A DNA stretch of 64,000 bases from Patescibacteria group bacterium (GCA_023229115.1 JALNZW010000005.1:23050-87049), one strand, 5' to 3'; counted from the stretch's first letter, positions 53,940 to 63,861 are shown. Notes: a model not told the origin generated them from the sequence alone. Program-made: numbers and translations.

Positions 53940-54557
53940 TTATTGTTGGCTTGATTGCATGGTTTGATAAAGAGATTGTTGATAAATATTTAACAGCTCC
54001 TCATCACTAATCAAATCTATCTCCTCTTGACTAAAGCCAGCCTCGATCAATTGTTTTCTAAGTTCTGAAGGAGATATATCATAAAATTGACTTATACTTT
54101 CTGGGTCCAATACCTGACCAGACAACGAATTGTCAATATTTGGAACAAGCTCATTGCTAGTTGTTTGATTTTCACTTGAGACAGAAGAGGAACAATTTTG
54201 TCCCTGCGGACAAAGAGGATCGGTTTTATAAACAAAAAGCTCCTCATAATCAGTTAAATTATCTCCATCTGTATCTTCTAAATAAGGAGAAGTTCCATGA
54301 ATAAATAATTCATCCCAATCAGAAATAGTATCTCCATCAGTATCAACTAATTTTAAATCTAAATTATCAGAGCTCAAATTATCGCCACCAGAACAATTTC
54401 CATCAGCACAAGAAGATTCTTGTTCGCCGGAGCTTTCTATTATGGGTATAACAAAAGGTTTTTTAATATCATTTCTCAAGTTAATAAAAAAAATAATAAT
54501 AACCAATAAAGAAAAAACACCCAAAATACTTAAAGCTACTTTACGCTCTTTATCCAT
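53940..54557 (-). CDS. Membrane-anchored protein with thrombospondin type-3-like Ca-binding repeats
   Basis: 205 aa. N-terminal TM helix. DTDGDTISDWDE and DTDGDNLTDYEE repeats. 23-nt gap to the giant gene. Confidence 0.7.
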   Translation of the reverse strand: MDKERKVALSILGVFSLLVIIIFFINLRNDIKKPFVIPIIESSGEQESSCADGNCSGGDNLSSDNLDLKLVDTDGDTISDWDELFIHGTSPYLEDTDGDNLTDYEELFVYKTDPLCPQGQNCSSSVSSENQTTSNELVPNIDNSLSGQVLDPESISQFYDISPSELRKQLIEAGFSQEEIDLISDEELLNIYQQSLYQTMQSSQQ

Positions 54558-54658
54558 ATTAATTAAAAGAATTAAATCTATTATAGTTCATAGTAAATAT
54601 TATAATATTTTTAGCAAAAAAGCAAGAAAAAAAATAAATTAATTAAAAATCAAAAAAA

Positions 54659-55492
54659 TTATTTTAATTTTTCAAAAATTTCCAACCAATTAGTCAAAGA
54701 TAAATCCTCGGCTCGACACTTAGGATTAATATTCAAAGATAAAAAAACATCTTCTAAATATTTTTGTTCTAATTTTAAACCTAAAGATAAATTGTTTTTT
54801 AACATTTTTCTTTTAGCGCTAAAACCAATTTTTAATAATCGAAAAAATTTTTTCTCTACTTGATAATCATTAAAAATTTTTTCTTTTTTAGGAACTATTT
54901 TAATAATAGCACTATCAATTTTAGGAGCCGGATAAAAATTCTCTTTACCAACTTCTGATATTTTATAAACATCAGCGTAAAACTGAACAGAAATTGACAG
55001 CAAGCTCATATCTGGCGGAGTAGACACAATTCTATCAACAACCTCTTTCTGTAACAAAAGAACAAGTGTTTCTGGCTTGTTTTCCATGCTTAAAAATTTT
55101 CTCAAAAAAATAGAAGTAATATTATAAGGTAAGTTAGCTACTATCTTATATTTGCCAAGCTTAGAGATATTACTTCCTTTTATTTTCAAAACATCATTGT
55201 TAAAAATTTTTATATTTTTTCGATTTTGAGAAATAATAGAAGTCTTTAATAACTCCGCCAATTTATCATCTAATTCAACCGCTAAAACCTTTTTAATCTT
55301 TTCAGCCATTTTTAAAGTCATAATTCCCAAGCCTGGTCCAACTTCCAAAACTACATCATCTTTTTTTAAATCAGCAGTAGAAATAATTGAATTATAAATA
55401 TCTTCGTTTATTAAAAAATTTTGCCCTTTTGATTTTTCTGGCTTTATATCATACATCTTGCACAAATCTAATGTTTGCTGAAGAAAATTCAT
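54659..55492 (-). CDS. rsmA: 16S rRNA (adenine1518/1519-N6)-dimethyltransferase
   Basis: 277 aa. KSKGQNFLINEDI and VLEVGPGLGIMT SAM motif; NLPYNITS. Confidence 0.93.
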   Translation of the reverse strand: MNFLQQTLDLCKMYDIKPEKSKGQNFLINEDIYNSIISTADLKKDDVVLEVGPGLGIMTLKMAEKIKKVLAVELDDKLAELLKTSIISQNRKNIKIFNNDVLKIKGSNISKLGKYKIVANLPYNITSIFLRKFLSMENKPETLVLLLQKEVVDRIVSTPPDMSLLSISVQFYADVYKISEVGKENFYPAPKIDSAIIKIVPKKEKIFNDYQVEKKFFRLLKIGFSAKRKMLKNNLSLGLKLEQKYLEDVFLSLNINPKCRAEDLSLTNWLEIFEKLK

Positions 55493-55497
55493 AAACC

Positions 55498-57915
55498 TTA
55501 TTTAACTACTATATTTATTAATCTATTTTTTACAAAAATAATTTTTACTATCTCTTTATTTTCTAACCATTTTTGAACCAATTCTCTTTCTTTAGCTAAA
55601 GATAAAATAAAATCTTCTTCACTATCAAAATTAACTTCAAGACTATCACGAAGTTTTCCGTTAATTTGGATAGCTATCTTAACTTTTTCATCTTTAATTA
55701 AATCTAAATCATATTCTGGCCAAGAAAAGTCAAATATACTTTGATTGACATCAGAATTTAATCTTTGATACATCTCCTCAGAAAGATGGGGGGTAAAAGG
55801 AGCTAATAATTTAAGATAAACATTAAAAACTTCTTTATTTATTTTTTCCAAAGAAGATAAATAATTCAACAAAATCATTAATTGAGAAATAGCTGTATGA
55901 AAAGAAATATTTTCAATGTCCTCGCCAACCTTTTTTATTGTCTTATGTAAAATATTTAAAGTTTCTTTATCTGCTAGTTCATCACAAACTTCTTTTTCCA
56001 ATAAAGACCAAATTTTATTTACAAATCTATTAATACCATTAATAGCTGAGGTTGACCAAGCTGAAGTATCTCCATAAGGACCCATAAACATAATATAAAC
56101 ACGCATAACATCGGCCCCATAAGACTCAATCACGTCATCAGGATTAATAACATTGCCCCATCTTTTGCTCATTTTTCGACCATCTTCAGCTAAAATTAAA
56201 CCGTGCTGAACCCTCCTCTTATAAGGCTCAGAGACGGGAACTATTCCCTGGTCGTACAAAGCCTTATTCCAAAATCTGGAATACAAAAGATGAACAGTAG
56301 TATGTTCAGCTCCACCAAAATAAATATCAACTGGCATAAAATATTTTAAACTTTCTTCTGATGCCATTTTCTTTTCATTGTGCGGATCTATATATCTTAA
56401 AAAATACCAAGAAGAACCAGCCCATTGAGGCATTGTGTTGGTCTCTCTTTTAGCTAATTGACCACATTTTGGACATTTTACATTAACCCAAGAATCAATC
56501 TTGGCAAGTGGCGATTCTCCGGTACCACTTGGTTCATAGTTTTCAATTTCTGGCAAAACAAGAGGCAGCTCTTCTTCTGGAACTGGAACATTGCCACATT
56601 TAGAACATTTAACTATTGGAATTGGCTCCCCCCAATATCTTTGCCTAGAAAAAAGCCAATCTCTTAATTTGTAATTTATTTTTTTTTCAACAAAATTATT
56701 TTTTTGACCTTCAATTATCATTTTTTCCCTAGCTTGAAATGAAGTTAAACCAGAAAATTTTTCAGAATTTATCAAAAAACCATCATCGACATAACACTCT
56801 TCATTATTATCATTGCTGCTGTTTTCTTTTGCAATAACTCTTTTAATATCTAAATTATATTTTTTAGCAAACTCGAAATCACGCTCGTCATGAGCCGGCA
56901 CAGCCATCACAGCCCCAGTGCCATAAGAGGCTAAAACATAATCAGCTAAAAAAATAGACACCCTTTCTTTGTTAAAAGGATTAATTGCCCACACCCCTTC
57001 AAGGCAAACACCGCTCTTATTTTTGTTTAAATCAGTCCTCTCTAAATCTGTTTTATTTTTTATTTCATTTATATAATTTTGTACTTCTTGCCAATTCTTA
57101 ATTTTAGCTTTTAATTTTAAAACTAATTTATTTTCCGGAGCCAAAACAACATAAGAACAACCAAAAATAGTGTCTATCCTAGTTGTAAAAACTTTTATTT
57201 TTTCTGAAAAACCATCAATTTCAAAATCAATCTCAGCACCTTCTGATTTGCCAATCCAGTTTTTTTGACTAGTCTTAATATATTCTGGCCAATCCAAGTC
57301 ATCAAGATCAGCTAATAATTTTTCAGCATAATCGGTAATTTTCAAAAACCATTGCTTCATGTTTTTTTGCTCAACCACGCTTTCACATCTCTCGCATTTT
57401 CCATCAAGCACTTCTTCATTGGCCAAACCAGTTTTACAAGAAGGACACCAATTAATGGGCGCATCCTTTTCATAAGCCAATCCCATTTCAAATAATTTCA
57501 AAAATATCCATTGAGTCCATTTATAATATTTGGGATCAGTCGTATCAATTTCCCTATCCCAATCGAAAGAAGGGCCAAAACTTTTAATTTGTCTGCGAAA
57601 ATTCTCAATATTCTTTTTAGTAAAATCGCCCGGATGTTTTTTATTCTTAATAGCAAAATTTTCAGCTGGCAAACCAAAAGCATCCCAACCCATGGCATTT
57701 AAAACATTATAACCATTCATTCTTTTAAAACGAGAAAAAATATCTACAGCCGTTTGTCCTTTAACGTGACCAACATGAACCCCAGCACCTGAAGGATAAG
57801 GAAATTCAACCAAGCTATAAAATTTTTTCTTATTTTTATCAATTTCAACTTTATACGTTTTATTATCTTCCCAGTATTTTTGCCACTTTTTTTCTATATT
57901 TTTATAATCGTACAT
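55498..57915 (-). CDS. leuS: Leucyl-tRNA synthetase
   Basis: 805 aa. FPYPSGAGVHVGH (HIGH motif), KMSKRWGN (KMSKS motif), CP1 editing-domain length. Confidence 0.97.
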   Translation of the reverse strand: MYDYKNIEKKWQKYWEDNKTYKVEIDKNKKKFYSLVEFPYPSGAGVHVGHVKGQTAVDIFSRFKRMNGYNVLNAMGWDAFGLPAENFAIKNKKHPGDFTKKNIENFRRQIKSFGPSFDWDREIDTTDPKYYKWTQWIFLKLFEMGLAYEKDAPINWCPSCKTGLANEEVLDGKCERCESVVEQKNMKQWFLKITDYAEKLLADLDDLDWPEYIKTSQKNWIGKSEGAEIDFEIDGFSEKIKVFTTRIDTIFGCSYVVLAPENKLVLKLKAKIKNWQEVQNYINEIKNKTDLERTDLNKNKSGVCLEGVWAINPFNKERVSIFLADYVLASYGTGAVMAVPAHDERDFEFAKKYNLDIKRVIAKENSSNDNNEECYVDDGFLINSEKFSGLTSFQAREKMIIEGQKNNFVEKKINYKLRDWLFSRQRYWGEPIPIVKCSKCGNVPVPEEELPLVLPEIENYEPSGTGESPLAKIDSWVNVKCPKCGQLAKRETNTMPQWAGSSWYFLRYIDPHNEKKMASEESLKYFMPVDIYFGGAEHTTVHLLYSRFWNKALYDQGIVPVSEPYKRRVQHGLILAEDGRKMSKRWGNVINPDDVIESYGADVMRVYIMFMGPYGDTSAWSTSAINGINRFVNKIWSLLEKEVCDELADKETLNILHKTIKKVGEDIENISFHTAISQLMILLNYLSSLEKINKEVFNVYLKLLAPFTPHLSEEMYQRLNSDVNQSIFDFSWPEYDLDLIKDEKVKIAIQINGKLRDSLEVNFDSEEDFILSLAKERELVQKWLENKEIVKIIFVKNRLINIVVK

Positions 57916-57939
57916 ATTTTATAATTACAATATTAGAAC

Positions 57940-58191
57940 TTACTTTTTCTCTTCTTTCATAGAAATAGCCTTAACTGGACACTCCTTGGCACATAAACCA
58001 CAGCCCTTACAATAATCATAATCAATTTTAGCTTTAACCTTACCCTTAATCTTGGCTAGCCTAGCAGCCCCATCTGGACAAATCTTAGCACAAAGACCAC
58101 AAGCTATGCATTTATCAACATCTATCTCGGGACGATACGATCTCCAAGAGCCAGTTTTATTTTCTAAAGAAGAATTTGGCTTAACTATCAT
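57940..58191 (-). CDS. porD: 2-oxoacid (pyruvate):ferredoxin oxidoreductase delta subunit (2x[4Fe-4S])
   Basis: 83 aa. CIACGLCAKICP and CKGCGLCAKECP. Confidence 0.85.
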   Translation of the reverse strand: MIVKPNSSLENKTGSWRSYRPEIDVDKCIACGLCAKICPDGAARLAKIKGKVKAKIDYDYCKGCGLCAKECPVKAISMKEEKK

Positions 58192-58196
58192 AAGTT

Positions 58197-58772
58197 TTAT
58201 TTTAAATTATAAGTTTTTTTAATAGCTAAAATATTTTTTTCAATAATATTTTTATCTTTATCGGAAAATTTTTCTTCAATAGCTGAAATAATAGATTTTA
58301 AGCTTATTAAATTGGGCACCTTGGCTAAGGCTCCTAAAATAGAAGTATTAACAATATTTCTTTTAAAAATTTCTAAAGCAATTTGGCTAGCATCAACTGA
58401 AAGCAAGTTGCTTTTTTTAAAATTTTTCGGCAAAACTTCTTCTTTTTCAATTTTCAAAAAAAGTTGATCTACATTTTCTTTAGAATTAATAATGATTATA
58501 GTCTCTTTTTTAATACCAGAAAAAATATTAGCTCGACCAATCAAGCTATCGTCTTGAATTATCAATATATCGGGACTATAAACATGTTCCCTGCTTAAAA
58601 TTTCCTCATCAGATACCCTAACAAAAGATTGAATTGGAGCACCACTTCTTTCTACGCCAAAATTAGGAAAAGCTTGGGATTTTTTACCATCCTTAAAGAA
58701 GGCAATGGCTAATATTTCAGAAGCAGCTACTACTCCTTGGCCTCCTCGACCATGAATTCTTATTTCTAACAT
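58197..58772 (-). CDS. porG: 2-oxoacid (pyruvate):ferredoxin oxidoreductase gamma subunit
   Basis: 191 aa. The N-terminus IRIHGRGGQGVVAASEILA is typical of the gamma subunit. Confidence 0.85.
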   Translation of the reverse strand: MLEIRIHGRGGQGVVAASEILAIAFFKDGKKSQAFPNFGVERSGAPIQSFVRVSDEEILSREHVYSPDILIIQDDSLIGRANIFSGIKKETIIIINSKENVDQLFLKIEKEEVLPKNFKKSNLLSVDASQIALEIFKRNIVNTSILGALAKVPNLISLKSIISAIEEKFSDKDKNIIEKNILAIKKTYNLK

Positions 58773-58783
58773 ATTTTTTATAA

Positions 58784-59572
58784 TTACAAATTTTTATTTA
58801 ATATTATTTCATCTAAAAACTTTGAGAAAGGTTCAAGAGGGATTAAACCTTCATGAATTTTTTCTCCATTAATAAACCAAGCAGGCGTCCCTCTAATTTC
58901 TAAAAATTGACCATCAACTACTGCCTGAAAAATAAAATTATAGTATTTATCACTATTCAAGCAATCAGAAAAAGATTTTAAATCAGTCACACCAGCCATT
59001 CTAGCAACAGAAGCTAAGTTGTCCAAACTAAATTCTCCTTGTAATTCAAACAACTTATAATACATCGGCCAATACTTACCCTGATCACCAGCGCACAAAG
59101 CTGCTGTTGCTAAGACCAAAGAATCATCACCTAAAACAGCAAAATCTCGAGAAATTATTTTTACTTTTTGCCCATATTTAACCGACAAAGAGGTAATTAC
59201 CTCTGATGCTTTTTTACAATAAGGACAATTAAAATCAGAAAAAACAACTATGCTAATTTCAGCATCTTTATTGCCCATATATGGAGCATCATTACCCTCG
59301 ACTATTGATAACATCATTTCTCTAGTCTTTTCATCTTCCAAGCGAACATCAGAATTAATTTCCAAAGAACCTTGAGATGAAAAATAAAAATCTCTAAATT
59401 CTTGATTAGTAAGAACTCTAAAAATTAAAAACAACGAAGCCACTGAAAAAATTATAATAATATAAACAAAAAACAAAATCAAAACACCCCACCATTTTTT
59501 ATACCAACGGCGACGGGATCTTTTAAGTTGACCACGATCCCTTAAATATTTAATCTTATCTTCTAAATTCAT
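58784..59572 (-). CDS. Membrane-anchored DsbA-family thiol:disulfide oxidoreductase (second copy)
   Basis: 262 aa. TM helix, then FSDFNCPYCKKA (CxxC) in a thioredoxin-like context. Confidence 0.8.
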   Translation of the reverse strand: MNLEDKIKYLRDRGQLKRSRRRWYKKWWGVLILFFVYIIIIFSVASLFLIFRVLTNQEFRDFYFSSQGSLEINSDVRLEDEKTREMMLSIVEGNDAPYMGNKDAEISIVVFSDFNCPYCKKASEVITSLSVKYGQKVKIISRDFAVLGDDSLVLATAALCAGDQGKYWPMYYKLFELQGEFSLDNLASVARMAGVTDLKSFSDCLNSDKYYNFIFQAVVDGQFLEIRGTPAWFINGEKIHEGLIPLEPFSKFLDEIILNKNL

Positions 59573-59653
59573 TGATTATTTATTAAATATGATGTAAGAT
59601 AATAATATAATATCACAAAAAACAAGTACTGTAAATTTAATTTAGATGAAAAT

Positions 59654-60418
59654 ATGAAAATAATTTCCTGGAACGTTAATGGCTTAAGGGCTGTGCTCAA
59701 AAAAGACTTCATCAGCTTTTTAAAAAAAGAAAATCCAGATATTTTGGCCCTACAGGAAATAAAAATATCAGAAGAAAAAATAAATTTAGAAAATTTTAAT
59801 TTTCCAAATTATCAACAATTCTGGAATCCAGCCAAAAGACCAGGATATAGTGGAACTTTAATTTTATATAAAAATAATTTAAAAATATTAAACAAAAAAA
59901 ATGGCCTTGGCTTAAAAAAGTTTGATCAAGAAGGGAGACTACAAACGATTGAAACCAAAGATTTCTACTTATTAAATATTTATTTTCCAAACTCCAATGA
60001 TTTATTAAGTCGATTACCTTACAAGATTGACTTTAATCAAGAAGTTTTAAAATATTTAAAAAAATTGAATAAAAAAAAGCCGGTTATAGCCACTGGAGAT
60101 TTCAATGTAGCTCATCAAGAAATAGATATCGCCAGACCAAAGCCTAACGAAGGTAAGGCAGGCTTTACCAAGGAAGAAAGAAGTTGGATGACTGAATTAC
60201 TTCAAAATAACTTTATTGATTCTTTTAGAAGTTTAAACCCTACAAAGATACAATATTCTTGGTGGAGTTATCGAGCTGGCGCTCGGAAAAAAAATGTTGG
60301 TTGGAGAATAGATTATTTTATAAGTTCTAAAAAATTATTAAAAAAAATAAATAAAGCTTACATCCTTGACCAAGTCTTAGGATCTGATCATGCTCCGATT
60401 GGACTAGAGCTAAAATAA
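59654..60418 (+). CDS. xth: Exodeoxyribonuclease III
   Basis: 254 aa. MKIISWNVNGLRA, LQEIK, GDFNVAH and SDHAPI motifs. Confidence 0.93.
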   Translation: MKIISWNVNGLRAVLKKDFISFLKKENPDILALQEIKISEEKINLENFNFPNYQQFWNPAKRPGYSGTLILYKNNLKILNKKNGLGLKKFDQEGRLQTIETKDFYLLNIYFPNSNDLLSRLPYKIDFNQEVLKYLKKLNKKKPVIATGDFNVAHQEIDIARPKPNEGKAGFTKEERSWMTELLQNNFIDSFRSLNPTKIQYSWWSYRAGARKKNVGWRIDYFISSKKLLKKINKAYILDQVLGSDHAPIGLELK

Positions 60419-60422
60419 AAAT

Positions 60423-61580
60423 ATGAAAAAAATAAAAAAAATAAAGAAAGAAAAAACTCAAATATTAGAGGGTTCAAGAGCAATAGCCTTGACAATCAAC
60501 AATATTAGTCCCGATGTTGTATCAGCCTATCCAATAACCCCTCAAACACATATAGTTGAAGACCTAGCTAAAATAAAAGCTAATGGCGAAGCGCAATATG
60601 AATATGTTCGAGCTGAAAGTGAGTTTGCAGCTGCATCAATAGTATTAGGATCTTCAGCTGCTGGCTCTAGAGTTTATAGTGCTACTAGTTCTCAGGGCCT
60701 GCTTTTAATGACTGAGGTTATCTACAACATCTCCGGAATGAGATTACCAGTAGTAATGACGCTAGCTAATCGAGCAATTTCCGCTCCAATTAGTATTTGG
60801 AACGACCAGCAAGACGCTATGGCCATTAAAGATGCTGGCTGGATAATGTTTTTTGCTGAAAATAATCAAGAAGCAGTAGAGCAACATATTTTAGCCTATA
60901 AGATAGCTGAAAAAATAAAAATTCCAGTCATGGTTAATGTCGACGGCTTTATCTTAACCCACTGCTATGAAGAAGTAAAAATCTATGAACAAAAAATTAT
61001 TAATAAATTTTTACCAAAATACAAAGCTAAATCAGGAGAATTTTTAAATACAAAAAACCCAATTACAATGGGAGCCTTTATGAGTCCTCAACATTATCAA
61101 AAATCAAGAGAAGATCTTTATAAAGACTTTCAAAAAGCAATAAAAGAAATAGACCAAGAATATTTTTTAATGCATAAAATTTTAGGAAATAAAATCGAAA
61201 AAAATAATAACTCTTGGTTTGAATATTATGGACCAAAAAATGCTAAAACAGTAATAGTGGCCATGGGCTCAACAATTGGCACAATTAAGTCCTTAGCCAA
61301 AAAAGAAAAAGATGTGGCCGTTTTAAAAATAAAAACTTATCGTCCTTTTCCTCATCAGGAAATAAAAAAAATATTAAAAAATTGCCAAAATATAGCTGTA
61401 GTGGAAAAAGCTGTTAACTTTGGAACCTTTGGCTCGCTTTATCTGGATATTAATATTTCTAAGGAAAAACAAACAATTAAAAATTTTATTGGTGGTTTAG
61501 GCGGGAAAGATATTGGTGAAAAGGATATTAAAAAAATAATAAAAGATTTTAAAAAATATAAAAAATTAAATTTTATATAA
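60423..61580 (+). CDS. porA: 2-oxoacid (pyruvate):ferredoxin oxidoreductase alpha subunit
   Basis: 385 aa. GSRAIALTINNISPDVVSAYPITPQT and the following alpha-subunit architecture. Confidence 0.9.
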   Translation: MKKIKKIKKEKTQILEGSRAIALTINNISPDVVSAYPITPQTHIVEDLAKIKANGEAQYEYVRAESEFAAASIVLGSSAAGSRVYSATSSQGLLLMTEVIYNISGMRLPVVMTLANRAISAPISIWNDQQDAMAIKDAGWIMFFAENNQEAVEQHILAYKIAEKIKIPVMVNVDGFILTHCYEEVKIYEQKIINKFLPKYKAKSGEFLNTKNPITMGAFMSPQHYQKSREDLYKDFQKAIKEIDQEYFLMHKILGNKIEKNNNSWFEYYGPKNAKTVIVAMGSTIGTIKSLAKKEKDVAVLKIKTYRPFPHQEIKKILKNCQNIAVVEKAVNFGTFGSLYLDINISKEKQTIKNFIGGLGGKDIGEKDIKKIIKDFKKYKKLNFI

Positions 61581-61584
61581 AAAT

Positions 61585-61722
61585 ATGATTAATTCCATCA
61601 AAAAAATAATTAAAAAAGGACACGAACATAGAATTACTGGTTGGCCATACTTCTTCATCATGATGTTCTTTTTAATTTTTATGATGCAACTTATAATGTT
61701 AATTATTTTACTTAAACAATAA
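61585..61722 (+). CDS. Possible 45-aa tail-anchored micro membrane protein
   Basis: ATG..TAA ORF not in the supplied track (MINSIKKIIKKGHEHRITGWPYFFIMMFFLIFMMQLIMLIILLKQ). 4-nt gaps on both sides. Confidence 0.3.
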   Translation: MINSIKKIIKKGHEHRITGWPYFFIMMFFLIFMMQLIMLIILLKQ

Positions 61723-61726
61723 AAGT

Positions 61727-62926
61727 ATGATTAAAAAATGTTTAAAAATATTTATTGTATCTTTGTTTCTTTTTAATTTTTCTATATCATTGGTTTCTGC
61801 TGAAGATGAAACAAGAAGTTATAGCGATCCTATAATTTTTGAGCCTCAGGTCACTATTCCTGGCTCTAACTTTATAAAAGGAGAACCATATGAAATGGAG
61901 AGCAATACCACCACTTTAGCTAAATATGTTAAAGCTATCTATGATTATCTTTTATCTATTGTTGGTATAACAGCTGCTATCGTTTTAATGATTGGTGGTG
62001 TGATGTGGTTAACTGCTGGTGGAAGCAGTGAAAGAGTGGGGCAAGCTAAAAGCTGGGTTAGCGGTAGTTTGACGGGTTTAGTACTGGCCTTAACCTCATA
62101 TTTAATTATGCAAACTATTAATCCTCAATTGGTTAGTTTTACTGCCACCGAAGTTCCGGAAATAAAACCAGCGGTTTATGGCTGTTGTTCTTTTGACAAT
62201 TCTTTAGGAGTTCCTAACGCAAGACTAATATCAGACATAGAATGCTACAGAATATATACAAGTGAAACCGTCAAAGAACAAATACCAGTACCGCCAACAG
62301 TTGCTAGTGGTTCTGAAACACTGAGTCAATATATCAAAAAACAATATGCCGGTGATTTGTCATCATATTTAAACGCTGGAATGGAACGTTTTAATAAAAC
62401 AAAAAAACCAAATTACAGAACTAGAAAATGTGAAGATATGTATTATTGCCACATATTCAAAGAAGAAGACCGCTGTGACGAATTCGGATGTATCAAGGTT
62501 ATTACAACCAATATACTAGTAGAAACCACTCCTCAAATATGTGAGGATTTTGATGGTGGAATTGTGACAAAAGAACAGTTAGAAGAAAATTCAAGCCTAA
62601 AAACACTATTAGGGCAAACATGTGCCGGAAGAGAAGGATCGAGTTGTAATGAATCTTCGTCAACTTATTGCTATTGCATAAATGGCAATGCTTTCTTAGG
62701 GAAAGGCCTGGCAACTGAACCCTGCGGAAATGATGGCGGAATTTGTGTGCCAACAGGTACATACCCAGGTGGATTAAAAGATGCAAACGGTAACGGAGAT
62801 TATTGTGAGTCAACTTGGTATGGTGGTATAAAAAGAGATAGAGGTGGTAGAAGCTGTGGTGATAGTTTAAGTTGTTGTCGTCCAAATTATATTCATTTAA
62901 ATTATAAAGAGTTAATGGGCTTATAA
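61727..62926 (+). CDS. T4SS-pilin-like (TrbC/VirB2-like, CPR type) protein with a ~260-aa Cys-rich C-terminal extension
   Basis: Signal peptide ..SLVSA. The pilin-like core LAKYVKAIYDYLLSIVGITAAIVLMIGGVMWLTAGGSSERVGQAKSWVSGSLTGLVLALTSYLIMQTINPQL has two TM helices. The extracellular tail has many Cys residues. Confidence 0.72.
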   Translation: MIKKCLKIFIVSLFLFNFSISLVSAEDETRSYSDPIIFEPQVTIPGSNFIKGEPYEMESNTTTLAKYVKAIYDYLLSIVGITAAIVLMIGGVMWLTAGGSSERVGQAKSWVSGSLTGLVLALTSYLIMQTINPQLVSFTATEVPEIKPAVYGCCSFDNSLGVPNARLISDIECYRIYTSETVKEQIPVPPTVASGSETLSQYIKKQYAGDLSSYLNAGMERFNKTKKPNYRTRKCEDMYYCHIFKEEDRCDEFGCIKVITTNILVETTPQICEDFDGGIVTKEQLEENSSLKTLLGQTCAGREGSSCNESSSTYCYCINGNAFLGKGLATEPCGNDGGICVPTGTYPGGLKDANGNGDYCESTWYGGIKRDRGGRSCGDSLSCCRPNYIHLNYKELMGL

Positions 62927-62930
62927 AAAT

Positions 62931-63773
62931 ATGAAAAAAGAAATAAAAAAAATATCATCAGGTCACAATGCTTGCGCTGGTTGCGGGCAATTATCAGCGG
63001 TTCAATCTGTAATGCGAGCCTTAGATAAAGACACTATTATTGCCAATGCCACTGGTTGCTTAGAAGTTACTACAACTCCTTACCCCCAAAGTGCTTGGAG
63101 TCTTCCTTGGATACATTCTTTATTTGAAAATCCAGCTGCTGTCGCTACTGGAATTTTAGCTGCCTTAAAGAAACAAAAAAACCAAAAAACCAAGGTCGTA
63201 GTAATGGCTGGCGACGGGGGAACATTTGATATTGGCATGGGAGTTATTAGCGGTATGTGGGAAAGAAAAGAAAATATATTGTATATTTGTTATGACACAG
63301 AGTCATATTCCAATACTGGCTTTCAAGCTTCAGGTGCCACTCCATATGGAGCCTCAACTAGTACCTCGCCTAAAGGCAATCAAGAAAAATGCCAGATAAA
63401 AAAGAGCTGTGATTTAATTAACAAAACAGGCAACCACTTGCAAAAAAAAGACATGATTAGAATTGCCCTTGCTCACGACGTGCCTTATGTTGCTCAAACA
63501 ACAGCTGGTTATCCTAATGACATCTATAACAAAGTAAAAAAAGCTTTAGAAATAAAAGGGCCAGCCTATATCCAAATTTTAGCACCTTGTATTCCTGGCT
63601 GGGGAATTAAAACCGATGAAGCGGTAGAGGTCGGAAAATTAGCTAATCAAAGTAATTTTTATCCTTTACTTGAATACCTAAACGGAGAATTAATTTCTGG
63701 TGGATTAAATTCGGAAGAAACAGCTGAAAAGCATAAAGAAACATATATAAAAAAACAAGGTAGATTTAAATAA
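62931..63773 (+). CDS. porB: 2-oxoacid (pyruvate):ferredoxin oxidoreductase beta subunit (TPP-binding)
   Basis: 280 aa. GHNACAGCGQ and the TPP motif VVMAGDGGTFDIGMG. Confidence 0.9.
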   Translation: MKKEIKKISSGHNACAGCGQLSAVQSVMRALDKDTIIANATGCLEVTTTPYPQSAWSLPWIHSLFENPAAVATGILAALKKQKNQKTKVVVMAGDGGTFDIGMGVISGMWERKENILYICYDTESYSNTGFQASGATPYGASTSTSPKGNQEKCQIKKSCDLINKTGNHLQKKDMIRIALAHDVPYVAQTTAGYPNDIYNKVKKALEIKGPAYIQILAPCIPGWGIKTDEAVEVGKLANQSNFYPLLEYLNGELISGGLNSEETAEKHKETYIKKQGRFK

Positions 63774-63791
63774 TTTCTTAAACTCAAAAAT

Positions 63792-63827
63792 AAAAAAAGA
63801 ACACTAGCCATTAGTGTTCTTTTTTGT
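63792..63827 (+). terminator. Rho-independent terminator
   Basis: gaacacta-gccat-tagtgttc followed by a T-run. Confidence 0.7.
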
Positions 63828-63861
63828 TGAAAAGATATCTATAAAATTTCTATACTAAACT

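Noticed and set aside
59573-59653. Divergent strand-switch region as a possible replication origin
   Set aside because: There are no dnaA or dnaN genes and no cluster of DnaA-box-like sequences. The only TTATCCAYA-like matches seen are isolated ones inside coding regions.
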